Assembly: GCA_973895155.1 (NCBI GenBank)
Contig: OZ316893.1
Span: 4,888,977-4,952,976, forward strand
Direction: 5' to 3'
DNA from: Marsupella aquatica
Lineage: Eukaryota; Plantae; Marchantiophyta
Length of the DNA: 64,000 nt
The notes under the pieces were generated by a model. The model was not told the origin of the DNA, searched no databases, and saw nothing but the letters and a program-made list of their open reading frames with translations. Position numbers and translations under genes: made by a program. Of the stretch, positions 1 to 11,631 are shown piece by piece. The first letter of the stretch is position 1. Each line of letters begins with the position of its first letter.

Positions 1-59
1 GTCTGGTGTGACCAAGCATTCAGACGACTTAATCTGAATAGAGCAAATTTGTATCTCGT

Positions 60-720
60 TTTTTCACCGAGTCCAAGAAGAGTCTCCAAAACCTGCAGAT
101 GCACCCACTCCAAGTATCTCATCTGGCATTCAAACTATCCAGTCCGTTGTTAAAACAGTAAAATGTGTGGGCCCTTTTCTAGGTGGAAGACGATAGTCGT
201 GTGCAAAGATGTAAGCCTGTCTTGGCAGTTTCTAGGCAAAGATTCTGGCACAAGAAGACTTCGAAAGAATGGAACTAAATTGCATACCCTTGTGGGAGGC
301 TGCTTAGTTAGTGAATAGTTAGTGACTGATTCAATAGCAATTACATATGATCTTGCACCACAAAGCTGAACCTTAGACTGAGCCTGAAAGAATTTATGGA
401 CAGATAAAAAGACCAATTGCTAAAACAAAGTTTGTTTGTTTCATGGGGTCTAAATGTAGTCAGCTGTCAATGAATGATCTAACCCAGAGATAATTATTTT
501 GCTTTGATAAGTTGTTGGAGATAGAATATACATTCTATCTGACGGGACCTAACCAGAAGTCAATGTATGGGATTACCACAACGCACTGCTTGGAAATATA
601 AACATTACATATATTCTGATGAATCATTGACGGGATGGATCAATTTTAAATATTGTAGCCAGAATATATATTGAAGAGATACTCACTGTCCAAGTTGTTA
701 ACCGGTCAGAACTGTCCTAA
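60..720 (-). mobile_element. Highly degenerate non-LTR retrotransposon reverse-transcriptase remnant
   Basis: Frameshifted minus-strand peptides occur in RT motif order: SISSIYILATIF, FYLQQLIK, LTADY, SLPQGYAI, IFAHD (FADD-like), MRYL. Many stops and frameshifts. Confidence 0.45.
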
Positions 721-878
721 TTATCAGAACTACGTACTATGGTCTGGAACAATCTAGATGAGGTGCCATCCTTATTCATTGGTACTACACTCCCAATCTT
801 TCTCCAGACTACTTCAAAGTGTTCTACACCAACTATATACAATTTAAAGACACATGGTCTGAGCACAACAGGTATTTT

Positions 879-1002
879 AAACTTGTTGACCTTTATTCTA
901 TATCTGAATGATTTATTTTCCTAGTTTTCTATGCTAACCTAAACTTGTTGACCTTTATTCTATATCTGAATGATTTATTTTCCTAGTTTTCTATGCTAAC
1001 CT
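879..1002. repeat. Perfect 62-bp tandem duplication
   Basis: AAACTTGTTGACC...ATGCTAACCT at 879-940 and again at 941-1002. Confidence 0.95.
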
Positions 1003-1133
1003 ACAGTTAATACATGTCCCCATCATGTACTAGCTGCCAGTGAAGGTAGCAAAAACATGTAAAGTGGATCAACTTTGTACATCTATTGATTCACCCTAAG
1101 GATGAGGGCTGAAAGATAACCAGGGGGCATAAT

Positions 1134-1477
1134 TGTTGAGCAATAACCGCTCACAAAAGCATGGACTTGTGAGCATGTGATGAACAAGTAGTCGACGTAA
1201 GAGATACATGGTTCAATTACTAGAACTATGTCCACCAAAACACACAAGAGAGCTATACTATATTCTAGGCCTGTTAGCCACACCAAGTCTCACATCATGA
1301 GTTCTCTCTATCTCTCAAATGGCTTTGTACTTGAGCCTTACTTCCAGGCCACACAATTAGCTAACTCTTGCTTGTGCATATAGGAGGAAGCATGGCTAAC
1401 CTAACCAAGTATCTAAATAGTATTACCCTAACTATGGTTATAATAGGTTCCCTAGACCTAAGAATGAATACCTAAGA
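1134..1477 (-). mobile_element. Solo LTR related to the copia LTR family in this window
   Basis: Reverse complement aligns with the LTRs at 11289-11631 and 9923-10275 (e.g. AACACACAAGAGAGCT, AAGAGATACATGGTTCA). Flanked by an imperfect 5-bp TSD, ATAAT/GTAAT. Confidence 0.75.
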
Positions 1478-1604
1478 GTAATGCAGGCCATGTCACCTAC
1501 ATTTTAGCTCTCGTCTCGGCCCTCGTAGATGGTCCATTGCATGTTGTTTGACAAACAGTCCTGTTGCATCACATAGGATTGGATACCAACCTTGAACTCT
1601 TGAG

Positions 1605-2055
1605 GGCTTGGGGGTCTCACTATATGTATGTCTCCCCATCACCTGTGATGTTTTTAGGCCTTGGACCCCCTAAAATGTTAAAAAAATTCTTAAATCTTCC
1701 TTTCAAACCAATAAAATGACCCTATACTTTGTCGCACATGATGTGTCATTTTTGTGGAATTGAAGCCCCCGAGCTTGAGGGTCTCATTATATAGAGCCCC
1801 CCCCCCAAATATATCGCCTCCAAAGTGTAAGACGAAAATGAATGTTTAGCCCTGTAAAGTTGGAATATTCTTAGAATATTCCAAAATCTTCATTAAAAGG
1901 CCCTAATGTATTACAAGACTCCAAATTGAATTATAAAGACCCTACCATTTGTTCTTCCAATAAGATTGGTAATTCTTCCCTTAGAACCAATAAAATGACC
2001 CTCTATTTTGTTGCACGTGATGTCCCAATTTTGTGGCAGTAGAGCCACTCGGACT
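1605..2055 (+). repeat. Two tandem copies of a short dispersed (MITE-like) repeat
   Basis: Each copy starts GGGTCTCA(C/T)TATAT and shares AACCAATAAAATGACCCT...TTTTGTGG. Inverted relatives lie at ~15720-15995 and 33933-34222. Confidence 0.6.
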
Positions 2056-4060
2056 AAATTTTAAATTTGATCATGGTCTCCTACAAATGCTCTTGCAGAC
2101 TTTTTGTTTGTGTCTTGGTGACCCCACTAGTGACCGACCACTTGTGACCGGGGTGAGCACAAAAGTGCCAACTTCTAACACCAATCTTATTTCTGAGACG
2201 CCATAAGACCAACTAGTCATCACTAGTCGTGAGTAGGACAATTTAAGACCATTGAACAGCTTAAAAAGCATGATGTATTATATTAGTCATACAAGTATGA
2301 CTACATAGTCATAGTTAGTCTGTTGAGCATAGACCACGTGTCTCTCTGTGATGACTCTTGTGCGTTGGATGGTTCATGGGCTTGCCGTTGCGAATGTTGT
2401 CTATGCTCAACAAGTGGTATCAAAGCATGTCTGGGAGGTGACGAGGTTTTTTTCGTGACAGGTTTTTCCAGTGTTCATTGTCGATGGTACATTCGGAGTT
2501 TCATTGCATGAAACTTGAATGTGTGTGGCTGAGCGGATAGGTTAGTGAGAGGGCTTTCTAACGGTGGTTAGAACTCGCTGATCGGTATCCGTGGTGCGGA
2601 GGAATCAAAGTTTGCATCGTTCAGGTTTTATTCATGTTCGACGGTATTTTGGGGGAGAGACCAGAGTTTGGTTTTTTCAACGGTGTGAGCTGTGCGGTGC
2701 GGGAGGGATCGCACATTATAGCTCAAGTTGAAGGTTGAAGCGAGCTGGTCATTTTGGTAGCTGGATTGTTGCCGAGTTGTTACCGAGTGTGTCATGACAA
2801 GTGAAGGAGGCGTTCAGGTTTTTTCACAAGCTATGGAGCTTGTTCTCATCTCAACCAGGTTTCTCTTCGTGACGTCCGACTCGGTGGAAGAGACGCAAAG
2901 TGCTACGGCTCAACGGTTTGATTGCGGCGAGGGGGTCATTTTGAGCTCGGGATTGGTACTTGACGCGGAGTGAAGGCGATGCGGCGGAATTAATTCACTC
3001 TGCTGGAGCAGCAGACTGTGCCTGTGAAATTCGGCCACTTTTACCGTCGGCGGCATTCACTTTCCTTGTCTCAAACGGCGGCAAGATGTGTAACCAGCAT
3101 TTTTTCCCTTAAAACGGCATTTTTCTGGGTTACTTTAGGGCTATATTTTCCCATGTGTATACACACCTGATTTTTCTCAATTTTTTCTTCCTGAGCCTGC
3201 CTCGCGACGACAGGCTATTGCCGCCGGTCACCCTTTTTTCTACTTGCGCCCTTGCGCTCCAGGTCCTGACGCCCGTATACCCCCTGGGCGTACCCCCTTT
3301 CCTCCCGTATCCGCTTGTACGCGGCCCCATACGGGGTCTTTTTGGTTAAAGGGGCTTAGACCCCCCTTTTAAGCGCAATTTTTGTTTTTTTCCTGGCTCT
3401 CCTTTCATTGGTCATCCCAGGCCCGGTGACCCTCCATTTTAACCGCTTGGATAGGGGGAAAGGCCCCCTGTGAGACCTGTTGGACTGTGTGGGAATATTC
3501 CTGAAAAACATAGAGCTATTTTTTGGCCGTCCGACAAAGATTCTGTCTGCCGAACATTAAGTTTTTTGGTTCTTTTTTGGTGAGGATGTTGCCACTGGAG
3601 TTAGCAACGTAGCGCACCAATCACATCGCGATTTTGACGACGGGTTGTACTAGGTATTTTGGTTATTCTCCAGGGTGGTCAAAATGGGGGAGTTTCCCAA
3701 GGTTTTACCCACCCCGACCAAAATTTGAATAACTTTTCCGTCGAATTTTGATTTTGATTTTGGATTTCAGTATTGGACTCCTAGCTTCGTGGGCTACGCG
3801 GCAGTGTTGAGTTTTGAGTTTTGTGAGAAGTTTCAAAAAAAGATGTTTTTTCGTGATTGTTTCATATGAGTGACTCAGTGGATACTGGAAGAATTGGCAT
3901 CGATGAAGCTTCAGGATCACGACGGTCAGACGGAGAGTCTGAGGAGGAGCTCCTACCGTTTGAGGAGAAACTTGTAACACCGTTACGATCACCGATGCGG
4001 CGTGTAATAGAGGAAGTTGTACTACTACCAGAGCTATCGGTAATAGGGAAGAAGAGGGAG

Positions 4061-7000
4061 ATGGCTAGATTTGGAGGAGTGAAGTTTGAGGTGGAGAAGT
4101 ACAATGGTCGTATTGATTACTTGCTCTGGGAGAAGCAAGTGAAGGGTGTTCTACGGGCCATGGGCTTAGCTCATCTGCTTTCATCGCGAGAGCAATATGA
4201 TGGAGAGGAAGAGATTTATGTGAGATAGTGGAGACAGGAGCAGGTGATTGCTATCAATGCAGTGATGCTATATCTCAAGCCGCACATCATCAAGGAGTTG
4301 GATGATTATGCGGATTGCACATCACTATTCAAGGCTCTAAGAGAGAAGTACTACCGGGAAGATGCGTCAGACCAGCTGTACAAGAAGTCTTTCTTGATGA
4401 GCCTCAGGCTCAAGGAAGGGAGCAAGATGCAAGATCACCTGGATGAGTTTGACAGTCTAGCGGTGGATCTATCAAACCTGGTAAAGGAGTTGAAGATGAG
4501 GATAAGGCCTTGCTTCTACTAAGCTCCTTACCGCCATCATATCAGGGCTTGAAACAGGTGCTCTTGTATAGAGATCTGAAATCCATTTTGTATAATGAGG
4601 TGGTGAGCTCTTTACTGTCTGATGATGCTTAGAAGAAGTTGGGTCAATCACAAACAGCATCTTCTTCTGGCACTGCGCTGAACGTGAACTATGGAAAAGT
4701 AGCGCATTGCACGAATGGGCAGAATAGGTTTAGATCTACATCATGGGGGAGATCTAAATCCAGAGGGAAATCACAAGAGAGGAAGCCTCTTGCATGTTGG
4801 AATTGTGGCAAGCCTGGCCACATGAAAAGGGATTGTCGAGTAAAGGTCCCTACTGCATCTGCTAATGCGGCATTGAGTTTGCATGAGGTATATTTACTCG
4901 ATGATGATGACATATTGTGATGTCAAGGTTATGCTCTCAACGTAGTGTCAAATCCAGGTAGTGATGACTGGATTCTAGATAGTGCATGTACTTTTCACAT
5001 TTGCTCTAGGAGAGATTTTTTCAGTTCTTACACGGTTTCCAACGGGTCAGTGTTGATGGGAAATGGAATCCCATGTCAAGTTGTTATACTTGGATCTGTA
5101 AGATTTCAGATGTCTGATGATGCTGTGAGAACGTTGAGGAATGTGAGACATATTCCCAGCATGATGAAAAATCTCATTTCACTTGGGTTTTAGAAGCAAA
5201 TGACCATCAGTGGAGTTCTGCTAATGGTGTCCTTCAGGTTTCAACTAGTTCTAAAGTTGTATTGAAGGGAAAGAGACATTGCAATCTATACGTTTTGGAG
5301 GGCAGTGTAGTTTGTGATGAAGCCAATGTAACCTTATCTCATGAGGAGACGGTCCGGCTGTGGCACTTCCATTTGTGCCACAAACAAGGAGCCAAAAAGG
5401 ATGGGTAATAAGCCCAAACTAAAAGAACTTTTGCTCCAAAAGCGCAAAAAGCTCAAAAATGCCCAAAAATGAACCTAAAAACTATCCCTTTCTTTGCAAA
5501 ATCTTCATGGATGGAAAAAATGCCCAAAATATGTTATCATTTTGAGCCATTCAAAACATAAAATGGACCATAATAAATTTTTAATCTTCGTATGATCTAT
5601 TTTCAATCTTAACAATTTGCACTTGCACATGTTCAAGTGATCATTTGTCTAGTTTATCCTTAAAATACCATCTTAAAGTTGATTGGAATCAGAAATATCT
5701 AAAACACTTTCAAATATATACTAGAAATTTCAAATGACTCTTGTAATGAATTGTTTGTCTTTATCTATCTCACACAAACCAATTACAATATTATTATTTT
5801 CAAAGTGTAACCCTCCCTTAGAAATGATTCATGAATTCATGAGTTAGTCATTTTAATATTTTTGAATCTCAACAAATTTAAGTAGCAATAGTTACTCCAA
5901 CTCTCTGATTCCCAAATCTCTAATGTTCACATAAGTTTTAGTGGATTGGAATATTTATTTGCATTCACTTAGAAAGAAACTTCATTCTTAATTTTTAATT
6001 AGAACTTTGCATAGTAAAATACCAAAGTTTTCCTAGCATTTATAATACTCTTTGTCTTTATTGGAGTTGATGTTTTCTTGTACTTTATTCCAAAGTAATC
6101 ATTCATTACTCTCTTTGTCTTTACTTGAGTTTGTGTTCCTTGTCAAATTCTTCATCCATAACTCCTTTTGTCTTAATTGAATCATTTTTTGTTCCTTTTT
6201 TTGTCATTTTCTTTGTCTTGAGTAACCTTTCTTTTAATTATTTTCTTTATGTTGTATGCAATTTTTCTCTCTTTTTAAGATTCCCAAACTTGATGCCAGA
6301 TTCCCTTCATGAATTCATGACAAAGAATCTTGGATCAAGATTAAAGAATCTTGAAAACAGGGTTCATGAATTCATGAAGCTTTTGGATACACAAGCTTCA
6401 TGAATACACTAAGCTTAGCTTTTTAAAAGGCAAAGGGCAAAGTTGGGTAACAACAATCCATGATGGAAGATGAGTGAGCTCAGGAGTGAGCTATGATAGG
6501 CACATTGCAATGGGCGAGTTGCGACCAGCTGCGATGGACAAAATGACAACATGTAACCCGTAAAGGGTATAGGACCATGGGCAATTAGCGATTAAACATA
6601 GGTTGCCAAGGGCAATTGAGTGTTGATTTGTGATGGGTGAAGGCTTCTGATCTCTGATGTTGTTAGTGACTTTGTTCAGAGGATATTTTCTTGTAACATT
6701 TAATTTGTTGGTGATCTTTGAGCCCAAAATCCAATGTTGAGACTTATATTGAGGAGTTAAATTGGAAATATTAATTATGAAAAAACTTGTGTCTAAAGCA
6801 TTGTGTTAATTATGGTGTGAAAATCCAAGGTCAGGAAATATTAAATATATGATGATTTTTTGTGTTGTTTTTTTATGACATTTTGGAAAATAAGAAAATT
6901 TTGAAAAAGAGAATTAAGGCCTTGGACCCATCCTTTAAGGCTTCTTGTTCACATGAGTGAAAAAGGTTTGGCTATTCTTCAGAAGAAATGATTACTTTCT

Positions 7001-9713
7001 AATTTGCAATCTTGTAAGTTGGAATTTTGTGAGCACTATGTACTAGGGAAGCAGCACAGGAAACCCTTCGAAGTTGGAACTCACACCAGCATGGAGGTAC
7101 TTGAGTATGTACATAGTGATGTGTGGGGTCCAGCCCCTACTCCCTCACATTTTGGATGGTTATACTATGTCATGTTCATTGACGATTACTCAAGGTATGT
7201 GTGGATATACTTTCTACACAATAAGTCTGATATTTTTGCCACTTTTAAGGAGTGGAAAGCCCAAGTTGAGAATCAGACTGGTAATAAGGTGAGATATCTT
7301 TGATCGGATAACGGCGATGAATACAGTTCCGGGGAATTTGGAATGTATTGTAAGGAGCAGAGGATTACCCGCCATCTTACAACAAGTTATACTCCTCAGC
7401 AGAATGGTGTCTCTGAGAAACTCAACCGAACACTATTGTATCGCTCGAGGAGTATGTTGAGTCAATCATGCTTACCACATGAGTTTTGGGCTGAAGCTGT
7501 CAACACTGCAGCTTATTTGGTAAATTTTTCTCCATCCAGTTCTATTGGATTCAAGACGCCATTTGAAATGAGGTACGAGCGTTCAGCAGATTACTCACAT
7601 CCAAGGATTTTTGGATGTGATGCTTATGTGCTTACACCTTCCCAGCTTTGATCCAAGCTGGAGTCCAAGTCAAAGAAGTCCATTTTCCTTGGCTATCAGA
7701 AAGGTGTGAAGGGTTATAGGTTATGGGATCCAGTAACCTGTAAACTAATTGTCAATAGAGATGTGTCCTTTAATGAATCCAGATCATCAAAGGAGGGAGA
7801 GAGTTCTCAGGACTCCCATACTGACAAGGGGAAATCTCCCATCCCGGACCGGGTTGAGGGGGAGATTAGACATGATGATGTTCATGACAGGAGAGATGGA
7901 GAAGCTCTAGGCTTGGAGCTGGTTCCTGTGATGGAACAAGAGGAGCAGATTGTTGCTGGGGTACCTCAAATTTAGCCAGCAACAGCAATAGATCAGCCTA
8001 AGTCATCTACTAGAAGAACTTTCAGTCGTTCTACTAGAGCTCCTACCAGGTATGGTCAATGGGCAGACTCATCTAAGCTAGATGACATTGACATTGCACC
8101 TGATGATGATGATATGGCTTTGATCTTGGAAGAAGGAGAGCCTTCTTCGTACAGCGAGGCTTGTGCTTTAGAGCAGAAGCATGAGTGCAATGCAACAATG
8201 CAGAGGGAGTTGCAATCTTTGAGTGACAACAAGACATGGGAGCTGGTGGAGCTTCCAAGAGGTCAGCAAGTGATGGACAACAAGTGGATTTACAAGTTGA
8301 AGAACAGTCCTTCAGAGGGTGGAGATAAGATCTACAAGGCAAGGCTTGTTGCCAAGGGGTTCACTCAGGAGAAAGGAGTGGACTACAATGAGGTCTTTTC
8401 ACCAATGACTAAGTATTCCACAATTCGGATCTTGTGTCAACTTGTTGTGTTTTTTGGTGTGGTGATGGATCAGATGGATGTTGAACATTACTGCTTTTCT
8501 CTATGGCAACTTGGAAGAGTTGATCTTCATGAGACAGCCACTAGGCTTTATGAAGAAGGGCCAAGAGAACTTAGTTTGCAGATTGCTCAAGTCCTTGTAT
8601 GGATTGAAGCAGTCTCCTAGATAGTGGAACAAGCGATTTGATGATTTCATGTTTGCTCAAGGTTTTACAAGGATGGTGTATGATCCTTGTGTGTATACGA
8701 AATCAGTCAAGAATGATGTGTTTGGTTTCATCATTCTGGTTATTTATGTGGATGACATGCTGATTGTGGCTAAAGATCAATCTGAGGTTGACAATCTCAA
8801 GGCAAAATTGAGTGCTGAATTCAGGATGAAGGATCTTGGTAAGGCCAACAGGATCTTAGGGATGGAGAGTTTTAGGAACTCTGAGACTGGACAGTTGCGC
8901 TTGAGTCAAGGCCAGTATGCGAGGAAAGTACTTGCACGATTCAACATGGAGAATTGTAAGCCAATGAGTATTCCTTTAGCTTCACATTTCAAGTTATCAT
9001 CGGCTTTCTCTCCTACGGATGCTGTGGAGAAAGGTTCGATGGCTAAGATTCCTTATGAGAAGGCAGTAGGCAGTCTGATGTATTTGATGACTTGTACTAG
9101 GCCTGACTTGGCCCTAGCGATGGGCAAGGTTAGCAGATTCATGTCAAATCCAGGGAAGGTACATTGGGAAGCTGTGAAGTGGATTCTCAGGTATCTGAAG
9201 GGAACACAAGACTATGGATTATTATTTGATGCCAGATCAGATAGAACGTTGGTTGGCTATGTAGATTCTAACTATGGAGGCTGTCTGGATACAAGGAGGT
9301 CTACAACTGGGTTTGTATTTACTCTTGGAGGAGGATGTATCAGTTGGAAATCTACCTTGTAGAAGTGTATATCTCAGTCTACTACAGAAGCAGAGTATGT
9401 TGCAGCAGCAAAAGCAGCCAAGGAAGCAATTTGGTTGGACAAGTTGATCGCGGAGATGGGTTTAGAGCATGGCAAAATGACTCTAAACTGTGATAGTCAG
9501 AGTGCTCTTCACTTGGCTGCTAACCAGGTGATGGATAGCAGGGTGAAGCACATTGATATCAGGTACCATTTTATCAGGCAAGCAGTGTCTGATAAAACTT
9601 TTGAGCTAGTCAAGATTGATGGAAAGCTCAATCCCGTTGATGCCTTTACCAAAGTGATTCCTTTGGAGAGTTTCTCAAGACACCGTGCTACTTTGCAGGT
9701 TTTGCAGTTGTAG
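4061..9713 (+). pseudogene. Copia gag-pol polyprotein, broken by stops, frameshifts and a 1.57-kb insertion
   Basis: Gag KFEVEKYNG; Zn knuckle CWNCGKPGHMKRDC; protease WILDSACTFH; integrase HSDVWGP, FIDDYSRY and TPQQNGVSE; RT YKARLVAKGFTQ and YVDDML; RNase H CDSQSALHLA...KHIDIRYHFIR. Confidence 0.95.
5383..6949. mobile_element. Non-autonomous AT-rich TIR element inserted in the copia GAG-pre-integrase region
   Basis: Splits the LWH..L.H|MSEKGL motif. Imperfect ~24-bp TIRs (left AACAAGGAGCCAAAAAGGATGGGT; right, reverse-complemented, AACAAGAAGCCTTAAAGGATGGGT). 4-bp TSD CACA (5379-5382 and 6950-6953). Confidence 0.85.
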
Positions 9714-9922
9714 CACAAGTAGAGTTATTTAGCAATGTGTGACTATTTGTCTATGGATTACTCATTCCTGTTAGGCTACGGCTTAGTTCTAGTTAACCCT
9801 TAGTTAACCCTTGTGGGTTTTAGGGAGAGACCTGGTTTGGTGATTGTCTAGAACTTCCCGCTGAGGATTCCATATATGGTAGCATTTAGTCCAGTCCCCA
9901 AGACAAGAGTCAAGGGGGAGTT

Positions 9923-10275
9923 TGTTAGATATTGCTCTAGTCTTGTGACTCATGAGCTAACCACAGTTAGTCTAACTCGGGTTAGGACTTAGCTAATGTT
10001 AGCGGTAGTGCTGTTGTGCATATAGCCAGGGCTGATGCCAGACCCTGGTGGAACTTAGGCTCATTGTTACGGAGCTAGTTGAGAGATAGAGAGAGCTTGT
10101 GTTGTGGATGCTTGGTATGGCCGGTCGGCCTAGAGTGTAGTAAAGCTCTTGTGTGTTCCTGTGAACGTAGCCTGGCCTCATGTGGAGGTGAACCACGTAT
10201 CTCTCTGTGTTGACTCTTGTGCGTTGGATGGTTCATGGGCTTGTCATTGCGAATGTTGTCTATATATGCTCAACA
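9923..10275 (+). repeat. 3' LTR of the copia element (353 bp)
   Basis: Follows the PPT and runs TGTTAG...CTCAACA. Its last ~80 bp match 2335-2412. Confidence 0.9.
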
Positions 10276-11288
10276 TAGTCTACCTAAGAACATGGCCAGT
10301 AGTAACCTAGGTCCAATTTAGTTAGAAAATTGACTACATCATTCATTTTCATTGTGTTCATTGAACACTACGACCAAATAATATGAAGTGCCATATCCGT
10401 GGGTAAAGGAAATTTAGGGTACCCCGTACACATTTGGAGCTATGGGGTCCCTTTACACAACCATCTCCCGTTGCAACATCAGCAATGGTTGGCATTGGTC
10501 AGGGCATCTCAACGGGCCTTGTACCTCTTTTAATTGCACAAGACCCTTTGGTGTTTGGCTATTTGGAGTGGAACGACACTTCAACCCTAATCCTGCCAAT
10601 GGAATACAGTCCTACACACTGCATGGCGTGAGTTTCCCTCATTTTATCGTGTATCATTGGTGGGAAGTGTGTGTGTCTAAGGTGCTCTGTCTGCTTGCAA
10701 GGTTGTTTGTTTCCTGTCGGGCTTGGCTTTAGGGTCTTTGCAGTAGGAGTTGGCCGGACCATCACCACAGCACGCACTCTGTTATTCAGGTATGGGAGGT
10801 TCTCCGTTCCAGCAAAACATAGTGGTTCTAGAGCGCTGCTATTGTTTGGTTTCACCTTTCCTGGACAGAACTGCACTGTGTTTGCAAGCGAACCTTGTTT
10901 TTGGTGCTCCTGTTTGTGAGTGGAGCCAGCGATCAAGGGAGTCCTCTACAAATTGGAGTTGCCTGACTGAGCGAAGCGCAAGGCAGAAGTGGAGCAAAAC
11001 TAGAGTGTGTGTGCAAGGCAGAAGTATCGATAAACTCAGGACATTGAGAAGGTTGTTATCGGGTGAGTTTTTAGCTTGTGAAGTCTGGAGACCTAGGACC
11101 GGGAAGCTGCGGCTTGGCACCAAGGAGCTGTAGTTGGAGACTGGTCCTTGTAGCTGCATTCTTTGAACCAGCACATAGGTGAGTGAAAGCCCATTTTCAA
11201 CTCTCATTCTTTTGCTCCGACTTGTGCTTTCATCCAATGTTTATATTGTTGCAATGTCACTCTATCGAGAGAGACTGGACATTGTAGT

Positions 11289-11631
11289 TGTTAGGTATTT
11301 ACTCAAGGTCTAGGGTTACGACATGTAACCGTAGTTAGACTAACCATAGTCGGAGATGTGGTTAGGTTAACTAGGATGTACACTATATGCCAAGCGATGT
11401 TTGCTTGGATAAGTGGAACTTAGGCTCATTGTTATGGAGCCACTTGAGAGATGAGGAGAGCTTACACTGTAAAGACTTGGTATGGCCGATGGGCTTAGAG
11501 TTCAGTAAAGCTCTCTTGTGTGTTCCCATGGACGTAGCCTCGAGGAGGTGAACCACGTATCTCTTGTGTCGATTACTTGCGCATTGGATGTGTCATGTGC
11601 TTACCGTTACAAGTGTCGTCTATGCTCAATA
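11289..11631 (+). mobile_element. Solo LTR of the same copia family
   Basis: Runs TGTTAGGTAT...TATGCTCAATA. Shares GTGGAACTTAGGCTCATTGTTA and GGAGGTGAACCACGTATCTCT with 9923-10275. Imperfect TSD GTAGT/GTAGC. Confidence 0.85.

Larger units (their letters stand above)
2321..10275 (+). mobile_element. Ty1/copia LTR retrotransposon (Tnt1/Tork-like), degenerate
   Basis: 5-bp TSD TAGTC (2316-2320 and 10276-10280). 5' LTR 2321-2412, PBS TGGTATCAAAGC at 2415-2426 (initiator tRNA-Met type), PPT AAGGGGGAG at 9912-9920, 3' LTR 9923-10275 (TG...CA). Internal order is gag-PR-IN-RT-RH. Confidence 0.95.
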
